Positions 55,638-64,000 of a stretch of 64,000 bases of DNA are shown here, one piece after another; the stretch's first letter is position 1; each line of letters begins with the position of its first letter. The stretch lies in IMG/VR virus record IMGVR_UViG_3300027859_000006, positions 32,001 to 96,000 of that record; one strand, written 5' to 3'. The DNA is from a virus. The translations under genes were made by a program, and so were the position numbers. The notes below the pieces were generated by a model. The model had not been told where the DNA came from. It searched no databases and saw only the letters and a list, made by a program, of their open reading frames with translations.

Positions 55638-55881
55638 TTGCTTTCCTCATTTATTCAATACAAGTATTATACGTTAAATTAACTTGTTTAGCAAATGATT
55701 TTAAAAGCTTTCTAGAAAAGCGTCTACTAATTCAGGAGGCTTAGGCTGTTTATCAAGATACTCTTTACATATCTTTAACCAGAAGTCTCGTTGTGCCCTA
55801 ATTTTATCCGCTGAAAGCTCTGGTGGCTCTGATGCGATTATACGAACTATTTGCTCTGCTGTCATGGTTACTTCCTGAAAG

Positions 55882-55957
55882 TGGCAAGGGTGGAGGGAAT
55901 CGAACCCGTCTCTATGCGAAGGTTTGGAATCTTGCTGCATACCATATGCTCACCCCT
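55882..55957 (-). tRNA. tRNA-Trp(CCA)
   Basis: loop TTCCAAA, T arm, CCA; imperfect anticodon stem. Confidence 0.75.
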
Positions 55958-55961
55958 ATTT

Positions 55962-56056
55962 TAATTTAACATGCAGCCTCGTTATCTAGCCGTTGCGTTT
56001 ACTTGAAAAACTAAATATGAGATTTGCCGCTAGTGTCGAGGCTGCATGTTAAATTA
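55962..56056 (-). ncRNA. candidate ncRNA with 20-bp perfect terminal stem
   Basis: TAATTTAACATGCAGCCTCG / CGAGGCTGCATGTTAAATTA. Confidence 0.45.
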
Positions 56057-56130
56057 GCCTAGTAGTTAAAGCTCTGACTAGGCTCAAAGCGAACTTTATA
56101 AAGTTATACTTTAAAGGTGTTCAACCTAAA

Positions 56131-56207
56131 TGGTCAAAGAGGGGAGATTCGAACTCCCGACCCCTCCCTCCCAAGGGGAGTGCGCTACCTGACTGCGCTA
56201 CTCTCTG
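56131..56207 (-). tRNA. tRNA-Pro(TGG)
   Basis: loop CTTGGGA, CCA. Confidence 0.92.
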
Positions 56208-56305
56208 TTATATTGTATGAGTAGAGTAAACCATATACAGACAAGGCCCTACTCTAATTGCTAATCCCATAGCTTTGATTACAAATTCTGTGCTTTTATG
56301 TTCTA

Positions 56306-56512
56306 TCATAGTTGTTCCTCTTCATACCCGCATCTTTTGCAGGTAACTACTGTGACCATTGAGTTAGCCCAGTGTGGGGTTGATTGCCATTCGTGGCAAC
56401 AGTTTCTGACTTCTTTAGCTTGAGATAAATCTTTAGCTGCAAAAGCTATTTCCGCCTCTAGACGCTCTATTTTTTCGTCTAACTCTTTATTTAGTTCATC
56501 TAGATTAACCAT
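56306..56512 (-). CDS. small Cys/His protein
   Basis: CCHEW...CKRCG. Confidence 0.55.
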   Translation of the reverse strand: MVNLDELNKELDEKIERLEAEIAFAAKDLSQAKEVRNCCHEWQSTPHWANSMVTVVTCKRCGYEEEQL

Positions 56513-56786
56513 TGATATTCTCTACTTTTTCTAACCAACCTGTATCAATAACTTTAGTGATAGGTTTTCTTAAAGGTCTACCATTTCTATCTAAGAAGAC
56601 TAGAACAGTTGCCAAGTCTAGCGAACCAGTTGGCCTAGAAGACAAAAATATAATTTTACCTGTCCATCTAGCTCTAAAGTTACTTCTTATAGTATCAGTT
56701 ACTTTAAATTTAAGTTTGTTTTTCAAAGCAATCTCCCAATTCAATACAAGTATTATACGTTAAATTAAGCAGATTAGCAAGTAATT

Positions 56787-56863
56787 TGGTACGGCGAGTG
56801 GGGGTCGAACCCACAATCAACAGATTTTAAGTCTGTTCGCGATTCCAATTTGCGTACCGCCGC
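56787..56863 (-). tRNA. tRNA-Leu(TAA), short variable loop
   Basis: loop CTTAAAA, CCA. Confidence 0.85.
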
Positions 56864-57020
56864 TCTTGAAATATTTTTACTGTTTTTCCGTTATCCTGAA
56901 TAGACACTCTAAACTCGTCAGTTTCTGTGTTTATATACCTGACTAGCACTCTACCAGTTTCGTCTATAAATTCCAGCCTATTTACTCTGCCTAAAGGTTT
57001 CATATTATTTTCCTTTAAAA

Positions 57021-57098
57021 TGGTACAGGGAGCGGGGGTCGAACCCGCAAACCTCTGAATCTAAATCAGAGAGGTATTCCAATTCCCATCACCCCTGC
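57021..57098 (-). tRNA. tRNA-Leu(TAG), short variable loop
   Basis: loop TTTAGAT, CCA. Confidence 0.85.
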
Positions 57099-57102
57099 AT
57101 TT

Positions 57103-57274
57103 GATAAATTTTAAATGTGTACTATTGTTTTCTCTGACTACCTCAAGCTAAGCTGATCAGTTCCTAGTGGTGTAGTTGCCCTTACTCGGCCTAAGTTGGT
57201 GTAAGATATTATATTTATAAGTGGCCTTACCTAAATTTGCCTAAAGTTTCCCTAGTACACATATAAAATTTATC
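57103..57274 (-). ncRNA. candidate ncRNA closed by an ~22-bp stem
   Basis: GATAAATTTTA.ATGTGTACTA / TAGTACACAT.TAAAATTTATC. Confidence 0.45.
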
Positions 57275-57356
57275 GAGTTCACTGAATTACACAGCTGCCG
57301 CTAATTACTAGCCTTGTTATTGTCCATCGAACCCCTGATAAGATGGAGACATTAAT

Positions 57357-57446
57357 TGGTGGATAGTAGAGGAGTCGAACCTCGTGCCCTGAGGGTACTG
57401 GTTTACAGCCAGCTGACACACCACTGCGTCCTTATTGATACTATCC
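57357..57446 (-). tRNA. tRNA-Tyr(GTA)
   Basis: loop CTGTAAA, variable arm, CCA; extra bases between acceptor and D arm. Confidence 0.8.
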
Positions 57447-57514
57447 TTTAAAAGTATTTTCGCGAATGGCACTAAGCGTTCTCTCTTACCGGTCTAGAGC
57501 TAAACTACGTATGC

Positions 57515-57754
57515 CTAGTTTCCATCCCGAAAATACTCTTCTGGTTCAATCATAGGTACAAAAGATTCGCAGCAGCTAATCTCAAATGCTGTTTCTTCTA
57601 CGGGGTCTAGAGTAAACGTTACAGAGTACTCTTTACCGTTTTCATCTTTAACAGTACCTACTTTCATTTCGCAGCCTGAGGTACTTTCTTCTTTCATTAC
57701 ATTGAAAGACTCTTTTAGAAAGTACCCTACTACGTCTGGGTAAATAAAGTTCAT
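57515..57754 (-). CDS. hypothetical protein
   Basis: AAGG SD; between tRNAs. Confidence 0.55.
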   Translation of the reverse strand: MNFIYPDVVGYFLKESFNVMKEESTSGCEMKVGTVKDENGKEYSVTFTLDPVEETAFEISCCESFVPMIEPEEYFRDGN

Positions 57755-57772
57755 TAATTAAACCTTTTAATT

Positions 57773-57847
57773 TGGAGCGTCTTACAGGACTTGAACCCGC
57801 GCTTTTTGGGTGGAAACCAAACGTGCTACCATTAACACTAAAGACGC
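57773..57847 (-). tRNA. tRNA-Gly(TCC)
   Basis: loop TTTCCAC, U73, CCA. Confidence 0.9.
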
Positions 57848-57855
57848 AAATAATT

Positions 57856-57945
57856 TGGCGGAGAGAAGAGGTCTCGATCCCCAAGCCACATTTAAGGCTC
57901 GACTAGCTTAGCAGGCCGCCCCAGTACCTAACTGGTTTACTCTCC
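57856..57945 (-). tRNA. tRNA-Ser(GCT)
   Basis: loop CTGCTAA, long variable arm, atypical T loop. Confidence 0.8.
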
Positions 57946-58275
57946 AAATTCTTTAGATTGTTTCTTGACAACAATATCTTTATGTTCTTTTTCTAACTCT
58001 TCGATACGCTGCCTTAGCTCTCTGACCTCGTTAATGAGTTCAGTAAGTGGGTCAATCCCTGTTGATATTGTATTCATTTCTAATCCGTAATGAAAGTAAA
58101 GGAAGAGACCTTTTTGTTTTCATAAGGACAAATGTAAGGTAGGGTTCTCATTAACGTTAATTTTTGAGCGATATGCCCAAACCGTTTATGCCACTTTCTT
58201 TCTGATTTAAAGGCTTTTGATATTTTAACCTTATTTCTTTTGGAAAACTTTCTCATTATTTACTCTCCATTAAAT

Positions 58276-58351
58276 TGGTGCCTCCACGAGGACTTGAACC
58301 CCGATAAGTGAATTACAAAATCACCGTAATAGCCAGTTATACGATAGAGGC
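58276..58351 (-). tRNA. tRNA-Thr(TGT)
   Basis: loop TTTGTAA, CCA. Confidence 0.88.
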
Positions 58352-58557
58352 GTTTATCTCTTAATACTCTAAATAAAGCATTAAGAGATAAACAAGCGTT
58401 TTACACTATAACCACACTCAAGTGGAAGCCAACCGAGTAGTTGGACTAGAGCTATGAACTCTCGTGCTGTTTAGGAGGTAGGACTCAAATCTCTAGCTGT
58501 TTCGGCTACCACCTCACATACTACTGCGTTGCGGACACCTAGTTTATCAAAAAAGGA

Positions 58558-58680
58558 CAGAGTAGTTTGATTTTTAAGGACTTTTAACTGTCCAGTCTAA
58601 TAACACTTTAACGGTGAGACCAATACACCGCCGTACTTTTACAGTACCTATACATTAGATTTTGTTTGCTGTAACTACTC
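58558..58680 (-). ncRNA. ACAGCAA-motif small RNA copy A
   Basis: GAGTAG-TT-ACAGCAA ... CTACTC-TG. Confidence 0.6.
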
Positions 58681-58688
58681 TTTAAAAA

Positions 58689-58766
58689 TGGTGCTCCAGG
58701 AGGGACTCGAACCCGTCACTTTCCCGATTATGAGTCAGGTACATTAGCCAGCTATGTTACCGGAGC
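58689..58766 (-). tRNA. tRNA-Met/Ile2(CAT)
   Basis: loop CTCATAA, CCA. Confidence 0.88.
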
Positions 58767-58778
58767 TTTAAATTAAAA

Positions 58779-58833
58779 CAGACTGCTTTTTTATTTTCAC
58801 CCATTGAAATTTTAAAAGTTGCTGTTAGCAGTC
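58779..58833 (-). ncRNA. ACAGCAA-motif small RNA copy B
   Basis: GACTGC-TA-ACAGCAA ... GCAGTC-TG. Confidence 0.6.
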
Positions 58834-58841
58834 TTTAAAAG

Positions 58842-58920
58842 TGGTTGCGAGAGAGGGACTCGAACCCCCGTCCGTACAGGTTATGAGCCTGACCATCTAA
58901 CCATCTGATTGTATCTCGCT
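58842..58920 (-). tRNA. tRNA-fMet-like(CAT)
   Basis: loop CTCATAA; 1:72 mismatch typical of initiators. Confidence 0.8.
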
Positions 58921-59091
58921 ATCTAATTAAATTAGCTATAGATTCTAGAATACTTACTATTAAGTATGTAATACCTAGAACTACTACCCAAAGTATACCT
59001 ACAAAAAACGCAAATATACCTATAAATACTTTTGGAAATATTAGCACTAAAGCTAACAATATTAACCAACTCATAAATGTTCCTTAAAAAT

Positions 59092-59167
59092 TGGAAGGGG
59101 TAACTGGACTCGAACCAGTAATCGCGAGTTCAAAGACCGCTGCCTTAACCAATTTGGCTATACCCCT
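59092..59167 (-). tRNA. tRNA-Gln(TTG)
   Basis: loop CTTTGAA, CCA. Confidence 0.85.
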
Positions 59168-59437
59168 ATAGTTGAATAACGTCTAGTTTTAAACCCCATT
59201 CAACTATATGCTCTCCTCACAGCCCTCACAAAGACCAGAGTGTCTGTCTATATCTTCTTCAGAACCGATTGTTCCACAATTGTCGCAGAAGTACGCTTCT
59301 ACTAACAAATCTTCTTCACAGTTACACACGTCTTCGCTACACATGCAACCAATACAGAACATTTCCATTTAGTTTCCTCATTTCTTAATATACGTATATT
59401 ATACGGAAAATAAGGCTGTTTGGCAAGTAATTTAAAA

Positions 59438-59495
59438 ACTAGGGCGGGAGTCGAGCCCGCATTTTACCCAAACATCAACTTTCGTTGTTCCTAGT
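59438..59495 (-). pseudogene. degenerate tRNA-like remnant
   Basis: T-arm GCGGG-CTCGACT-CCCGC, TTTGGGT loop-like sequence, no CCA or full cloverleaf. Confidence 0.35.
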
Positions 59496-59500
59496 AAATT

Positions 59501-59576
59501 TGGTGCAGAGAGTGGGTAACGATCCCAACCTCTCAGGTGCTTCAAACCTGCGCTAATCCATCTCAGCTATCTCTGC
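59501..59576 (-). tRNA. tRNA-Phe(GAA)
   Basis: loop TTGAAGC; T loop ATCGTTA. Confidence 0.85.
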
Positions 59577-59586
59577 AATAAATAAT

Positions 59587-59648
59587 CAGGCTGCATTATA
59601 TTGGTTTTTGATTAGCAGTCAAATAATACAATGTTGCTGTTAGCAGCC
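59587..59648 (-). ncRNA. ACAGCAA-motif small RNA copy C with Ser(GCT)-like anticodon stem-loop
   Basis: GGCTGC-TA-ACAGCAA ... TTTGA-CTGCTAA-TCAAA ... GCAGCC-TG. Confidence 0.65.
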
Positions 59649-59656
59649 TTTAAAAG

Positions 59657-59728
59657 TGGTGGAGAATAAGGGTAACGATCCCTTTCAGCCAGGGTGCAAG
59701 CCCAGCGTCTAGCCCATCTAGATTCCCC
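59657..59728 (-). tRNA. tRNA-Ala(TGC)
   Basis: G3:U70, loop CTTGCAC, CCA. Confidence 0.85.
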
Positions 59729-59734
59729 GAAATT

Positions 59735-59809
59735 TGGTAGGTCTAGGGAATTCCGAGATCCCGTCCTCTGCTTTGTAAGAGCAGCGCTCTGCCTCTGAGC
59801 TATAGACCT
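59735..59809 (-). tRNA. tRNA-Val(TAC)
   Basis: loop CTTACAA, CCA. Confidence 0.85.
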
Positions 59810-59817
59810 AAATAAAA

Positions 59818-59894
59818 CTGGTTACTATTGTTGACGCTTCTTAAACGTCCGTTTCTTGATGTTGGTAAGAAAATAGTATTTGCTGTAAGTAACC
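59818..59894 (-). ncRNA. ACAGCAA-motif small RNA copy D
   Basis: GGTTAC-TT-ACAGCAA ... GTAACC-AG. Confidence 0.6.
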
Positions 59895-59900
59895 ATTTAG

Positions 59901-59971
59901 AAGCACACTGGTCAAGGAAGCTAATCACCAAAAGGCTTGACTACTTTCCGAACATAGCTTGCAGTGTGCTT
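59901..59971 (-). ncRNA. compact structured RNA candidate (possible pseudoknot)
   Basis: 10-bp terminal stem AAGCACACTG/CAGTGTGCTT, inner GTCAAG/CTTGAC. Confidence 0.45.
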
Positions 59972-59976
59972 GTAAA

Positions 59977-60052
59977 TGGTAGTGGTAGCAGGGATCGAAC
60001 CTGCGGCCTTTCGATTATCAGTCGAACGCTCTGCCAGCTGAGCTATACCACT
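59977..60052 (-). tRNA. tRNA-Ile(GAT)
   Basis: loop CTGATAA, CCA. Confidence 0.93.
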
Positions 60053-60057
60053 ATAAT

Positions 60058-60134
60058 TGGTGGGTCGCCCGAGACTCGAACTCGGAACCTTCTAATTAAA
60101 AGTTAGATATTCTAACCAATTGAATTAGCGACCC
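60058..60134 (-). tRNA. tRNA-Lys(TTT)
   Basis: loop CTTTTAA, CCA. Confidence 0.93.
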
Positions 60135-60141
60135 ATTAAAT

Positions 60142-60218
60142 TGGTTCAGCTGACGGGAATCGAACCCGCTTACGCAACACTGCGTCTAGGGTGAAAACCT
60201 AGTGTCGACATCGGCTGA
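60142..60218 (-). tRNA. atypical tRNA-Glu(TTC): D arm reduced, long variable arm
   Basis: CTAGG-TTTTCAC-CCTAG, T arm, CCA. Confidence 0.65.
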
Positions 60219-60228
60219 GTTGTAAATT

Positions 60229-60304
60229 TGGCGGAGCTACAGGGAATCGAACCCCGATCTTCGCGCAGACAACGCGTCATAATTAGCCATTATACGATAG
60301 CTCC
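60229..60304 (-). tRNA. tRNA-Asp(GTC)
   Basis: loop TTGTCTG, G73, CCA. Confidence 0.88.
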
Positions 60305-60310
60305 TAAATT

Positions 60311-60385
60311 TGGCGGATGAGGGGAATTTCGAAATCCCGACCGTCGGCTTAACGGGCCGCTGCTCTGCCTCTGAGCTACACATCC
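60311..60385 (-). tRNA. tRNA-Asn(GTT)
   Basis: loop CCGTTAA, G73, CCA. Confidence 0.88.
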
Positions 60386-60441
60386 TTTATTTTCTAAAAC
60401 ATATTATAACAAACGTTTAGCAAATACATTTTTAACTTATT

Positions 60442-60590
60442 TGGCACAGGTAGAGGGACTCGAACCCCAAGGCTAGTATTGATAGATAGAGAAATTATCT
60501 CTGTCGTTAATCCCATTTAATTCTAAGAAAATACTTTTTTATTAGCTTACCTTTAGAATCAATATAGTCCACATAAGTAGCTACACCTGT
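60442..60590 (-). ncRNA. 149-nt tRNA-like RNA (tRNA-Arg-derived) with expanded anticodon domain
   Basis: acceptor ACAGGTG/TACCTGT-GCCA and T arm nearly identical to tRNA-Arg(TCT); ~75 extra nt. Confidence 0.6.
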
Positions 60591-60693
60591 ACTACCAGCC
60601 TTACATTTGTAATTCTCATTATATTCTTTTATAACCTTATTAGGTTTTCTGTACGGTAGTGGTTGGTAAACTTTCATAGACTATTTCTCAAGT

Positions 60694-60770
60694 TGGCGCA
60701 GGTAGAGGGACTCGAACCCCCAACTCACTGCTTAGAAGGCAGTTGCTCTCTCCAGTTGAACTATACCCGC
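60694..60770 (-). tRNA. tRNA-Arg(TCT)
   Basis: loop CTTCTAA, CCA. Confidence 0.92.
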
Positions 60771-60825
60771 ATTTCATAATAAGAATATATTATATGACTT
60801 TTTTAGTAATTTATCAAGTCATTTT

Positions 60826-61014
60826 TTAATTTTTACAACCGTAAACATATTTTAACTGGTTATGGGACTTTTCCTTTTCTGAGAAAAAGCCCTCAATGTA
60901 GAGCTTTTCACAAAGCTCACGTAATTCTAAATGCGTTATGCTAGACTCGTGGACGAATACGCAGCCTTGCCTACTTGCTAAAGACTTGATTTTTGTCTCA
61001 CTAGGCTTACGCAA
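60826..61014 (-). CDS. hypothetical protein
   Basis: coupled in operon. Confidence 0.5.
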   Translation of the reverse strand: MRKPSETKIKSLASRQGCVFVHESSITHLELRELCEKLYIEGFFSEKEKSHNQLKYVYGCKN

Positions 61015-61354
61015 TGAATGCTAGCCCTTTTAATTCTAGGAACAGATTACGTACCGCGTTAGCTTGAGGCAGATTTACCACCTTTTCCGACATATTAGTT
61101 TCAATGTGTTCATAGTTGAGCGCGGACTTTAGCGTAACTACTTCACCAGGGCTGTAGTCTAGTACTAATTTCATACTATACGCATGTCTAGGTACTAATA
61201 CATCTTCAACAGCGTCTGCTACATCGAACATATCACGCAAAGTAATATCGTTTGATGATAGGTACTCTAGAGCTTTAGCTTCTAAAGCTCTATTACGAGC
61301 AGCTTGACCTGAAGCTGACCCAATAATCATAGCTTTCTGAAAACTTTTTAACAT
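61007..61354 (-). CDS. hypothetical protein
   Basis: after early promoter 61363-61416. Confidence 0.65.
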   Translation of the reverse strand: MLKSFQKAMIIGSASGQAARNRALEAKALEYLSSNDITLRDMFDVADAVEDVLVPRHAYSMKLVLDYSPGEVVTLKSALNYEHIETNMSEKVVNLPQANAVRNLFLELKGLAFIA

Positions 61355-61416
61355 TTTATTGTTTTCCTCATTTCTTAATATGTGTATATTATACGTTGAA
61401 ATAAGCTGTTTGGCAA

Positions 61417-62196
61417 TTACTTTTTAAATTTATTTAATACCTCAGTTAACTCTTTGACTGTTAACTTACCCCAGTCTATAGACTTATGCAAATGCTGTGT
61501 GCATGTGTCTATGTATGGTTTCTTCAAGCGGCCTGTAGGAATAGAATATTCTCCTATTTTTATGTCCGAGGCTTTTTCTAAATCGGTAACAGTTAGCTTC
61601 TCCATTGCTGGGCAGCCTAGATTTTCTGCTATTTCTTTTTTGGTTAGCCTTTTAGGCTTCTTTTCTTTAGAATGACCAGGGCATGTACCTATAGTTTCTA
61701 GTTGTTGCTGATAGAATCTGTCGCCCATAAAGAATGGCCTCTCTCGGTTAGTCCATACAAGATCAAAGCTCTGTGCCTTATCTCGCATGTAAAATAATCT
61801 GTATTTGTCTACTAAGTTTAACTGTGGGTAATAATCCTTCAGAGTTGTGCAATTAGGTAAGGGGGTTCTAATTACTAACTCTGAAGGATCTAGGATTCGG
61901 GGTAGTTCTTCTAAAATAAACGTAGTGCTCTTATGGATTCGTCCATATCGGAAAGAGTATTCTCTACCTACTGCTATTGCAAGGTCGTACAATAGTGTAT
62001 AATTTCCGCCTGTTTTACAAGCCCACCGAGTGCATGGGTGGTTTATATGAGTTGGTTTGTAGGAGGTTTGAATGTTTCTTTCTCCGGCTGCCACAGACAA
62101 AATTTGAGCGTACTCTAAGGGCATCTTTACAACGTGTTTGTCGCAATGATACTGAGCGCACTTTGTTAAATCTGTATCTAACCAGAATATGTTCAT
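61417..62196 (-). CDS. pyrimidine-dimer DNA glycosylase (DenV-related) family protein with extra C-terminal helical domain
   Basis: MNIFWLD..AQYHCDKHVVKMPLEYAQIL, YKPTHINHPC..W, EY..RYG..H. Confidence 0.8.
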   Translation of the reverse strand: MNIFWLDTDLTKCAQYHCDKHVVKMPLEYAQILSVAAGERNIQTSYKPTHINHPCTRWACKTGGNYTLLYDLAIAVGREYSFRYGRIHKSTTFILEELPRILDPSELVIRTPLPNCTTLKDYYPQLNLVDKYRLFYMRDKAQSFDLVWTNRERPFFMGDRFYQQQLETIGTCPGHSKEKKPKRLTKKEIAENLGCPAMEKLTVTDLEKASDIKIGEYSIPTGRLKKPYIDTCTQHLHKSIDWGKLTVKELTEVLNKFKK

Positions 62197-62226
62197 TATA
62201 CCAAACCTCTTACAAATGTAGTAAAA

Positions 62227-62415
62227 TTAGACTGCGCGAGCCAAGAATCCACGGATTTTTGCATACCCAGACAATACCTTACGCTTATGCGCAGGGTTAT
62301 CAAGCACTTTATGTCGCCAGTTAATTAACTGACCGTAAAGGTTTTGTGCTTCCACGGCGCGTTGGTGGTTAGCCTGTAGCTGTTCTGTTAGAGCGCGAGT
62401 TAGTTCGTTATGCAT
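62227..62415 (-). CDS. hypothetical protein
   Basis: GGAGG SD, coupled. Confidence 0.55.
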   Translation of the reverse strand: MHNELTRALTEQLQANHQRAVEAQNLYGQLINWRHKVLDNPAHKRKVLSGYAKIRGFLARAV

Positions 62416-62687
62416 TATTTTGCCTCCTTAGCAAATACTGGAGTGAATGACGGCATTAGGGTTTTTCGTCCTGCTCCGTCATATACATAAAACTTTTGCG
62501 CTGGGTGGCCGTTTTTACCGGCTGGTTTGCGCGGCGTACCTTGAGCAGGTGCTTTAAATGTTTGCTCGTCATTAGGGTGCGCTTTTAGGTGACGTGCGAT
62601 TTTACGTGCACGGTTTTTCTGCATACGACCTTCTGTTGCGTATGCTGCGTATGAACCTTTACCTTTGCGTGATTTTTGTTTAGCCAT
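62415..62687 (-). CDS. basic hypothetical protein
   Basis: MAKQKSRK...KNRARKIARHLKAHPND; after early promoter. Confidence 0.7.
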   Translation of the reverse strand: MAKQKSRKGKGSYAAYATEGRMQKNRARKIARHLKAHPNDEQTFKAPAQGTPRKPAGKNGHPAQKFYVYDGAGRKTLMPSFTPVFAKEAK

Positions 62688-62757
62688 CTTTTTTGTTTCC
62701 TTTTGTTAATTTATGCGTATATTATACGTGGAAATAAGTTGTTGAGCAAGAGATTTT

Positions 62758-63021
62758 TTATCGCGTTTTGTTAAGTGTCCAATAATCGACCGTGTAAGAA
62801 ATCCCACCGTTCTCACTGAATTGCTGAGAAACGCTGTTATCATTATACATTACACCTACTCGGCATGTATTGCCATCTAGATGGCGTACAGTGCCGTGCT
62901 TTTGAGTTGCTGAGTTAAATACCTTATCCCCTTCTTGGATTTCGCATTTAAGTCCAGTGCTCTGATAAAACGCAAAGCATAAAGCTGTTGTTAGGGCAAT
63001 GCCCCAACCTACTGTTTTCAT
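62758..63021 (-). CDS. membrane-anchored hypothetical protein
   Basis: N-terminal hydrophobic segment. Confidence 0.55.
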   Translation of the reverse strand: MKTVGWGIALTTALCFAFYQSTGLKCEIQEGDKVFNSATQKHGTVRHLDGNTCRVGVMYNDNSVSQQFSENGGISYTVDYWTLNKTR

Positions 63022-63175
63022 TTATTTAGTTTCCTTAATAAAATGCCAGCATGCTCCAGAAGCAGGATTGTCGTGCTGGTGTTTAGTTTTACCGCATCTA
63101 GCACACGGTTCGTTTTCGCTTACTACAAAAGCGATTAAAAATAATACTATTGCTAAAAACGCAAAAAGTGCCATG

Positions 63176-63943
63176 TTATACCTCTACAAAGTTAGAAGGG
63201 CTATATCCCTCTGTCTCGTAATTAAACTTATCAGTTACATAACCTCTAGGGTTAGAGTACAATAGTGTGTCGCCTACACTTTCTTTAACATACTTGTGCG
63301 TATGTCCAAATATCCACATAAGCGGCTTTTTATCTAAAATAAACTGAGTTAAGTCTGTGTAATAAGCGTGACTTAAATCATCGTTTTTGTATCTTGTGCT
63401 ATCTACCCCCATTTTGTGAGGAGAGTGGTGAGTTACTACTACTGTAGGCTTAGAGTAATCTATAGACTCTAAGAAAAGCATAGCTGAGTAATGCATGTTC
63501 GTCCAGTCTAGGATATCTAGTTTGCGATACTTAGCACCTGCTCTTATCTGATAGAAATCGTTCATGCTGAACTTAGCTGTTACTCTAACTACGGGGTCTC
63601 CGTTATTTAGGCTAGTCCACAGAGTAGTACCAACAAACTGTATCCCATCTAACTCTACTACGTCTTCGTCTAGTAGGAATACGTTGTTTAACTCTAACTC
63701 TTTGATCTTATTTCTGATCTTATTCGGAAGAGTGTCTATGTTGTGCCTGTAGTATTCATGGTTTCCTAGTACATATATTACGTACTTAAACATAGAAGCC
63801 CACTTAGGTATGTACTCTTTTCTAAAAGCTTTAGTACCTACGAAAATATCGCCTGCTAATACTAGCACGGCGTCCTTGTCACCCTCTATATTATCAGGGT
63901 AGCTGAACTCACAGTGAAGATCGCTTAGTGCTACAATTTTCAT
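63176..63943 (-). CDS. metallophosphoesterase
   Basis: SDLH, LAGD, GNHEYY, THHSP, GHTH, NPRGY. Confidence 0.88.
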   Translation of the reverse strand: MKIVALSDLHCEFSYPDNIEGDKDAVLVLAGDIFVGTKAFRKEYIPKWASMFKYVIYVLGNHEYYRHNIDTLPNKIRNKIKELELNNVFLLDEDVVELDGIQFVGTTLWTSLNNGDPVVRVTAKFSMNDFYQIRAGAKYRKLDILDWTNMHYSAMLFLESIDYSKPTVVVTHHSPHKMGVDSTRYKNDDLSHAYYTDLTQFILDKKPLMWIFGHTHKYVKESVGDTLLYSNPRGYVTDKFNYETEGYSPSNFVEV

Positions 63944-64000
63944 AATTGTTTCCTCATTTATTTAATACAAGTATTATACGTTGAAATTAGCAAATTAGCA

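Noticed and set aside
54831-60106. ORFs 54831(+), 57648(-), 59828(+) and the 5' part of 55701(-)
   Set aside because: They overlap tRNA genes and are incidental translations
60442-60590. tmRNA
   Set aside because: Too short, no G3:U70 alanine identity, and no evident tag ORF

Overview
A 64-kb slice of a lytic T5-like siphophage genome (Demerecviridae-like), probably infecting a gammaproteobacterium, assembled across the collapsed terminal repeat. 1-21063 (minus strand): late head/tail module (pb4, pb3, Dit, tape measure, chaperones, tail tube, a fused prohead protease-major capsid gene, portal, nicking endonuclease, terminases, pb5-like receptor-binding protein). About 21300-30800: pre-early/first-step-transfer region (A2, A1, dmp, small ORFs). 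Its non-coding DNA is packed with consensus sites for host DNA-binding proteins (Fur, sigma54, IHF, DnaA, LexA, ArgR, FadR-like), and it also holds repeats and G-rich tracts. 30888-48833: early genes, including tandem paralog arrays, a macrodomain + NAD-reconstitution (NARP1-like) operon, lysis genes and a DUF2828/TROVE(Ro60)-like protein. 48900-60800: tRNA region covering all 20 amino acids, interleaved with atypical tRNA-like genes and many structured non-coding RNA candidates. The two most interesting observations are (i) a family of small RNAs with a covarying 6-bp stem + ACAGCAA motif, one copy circularly permuted inside a tRNA, near a Ro60-like gene (a possible Y-RNA-analogous RNP), and (ii) the host-regulator binding-site array in the first-injected DNA. 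All calls were made by eye and from remembered family motifs; no searches or folding were run.
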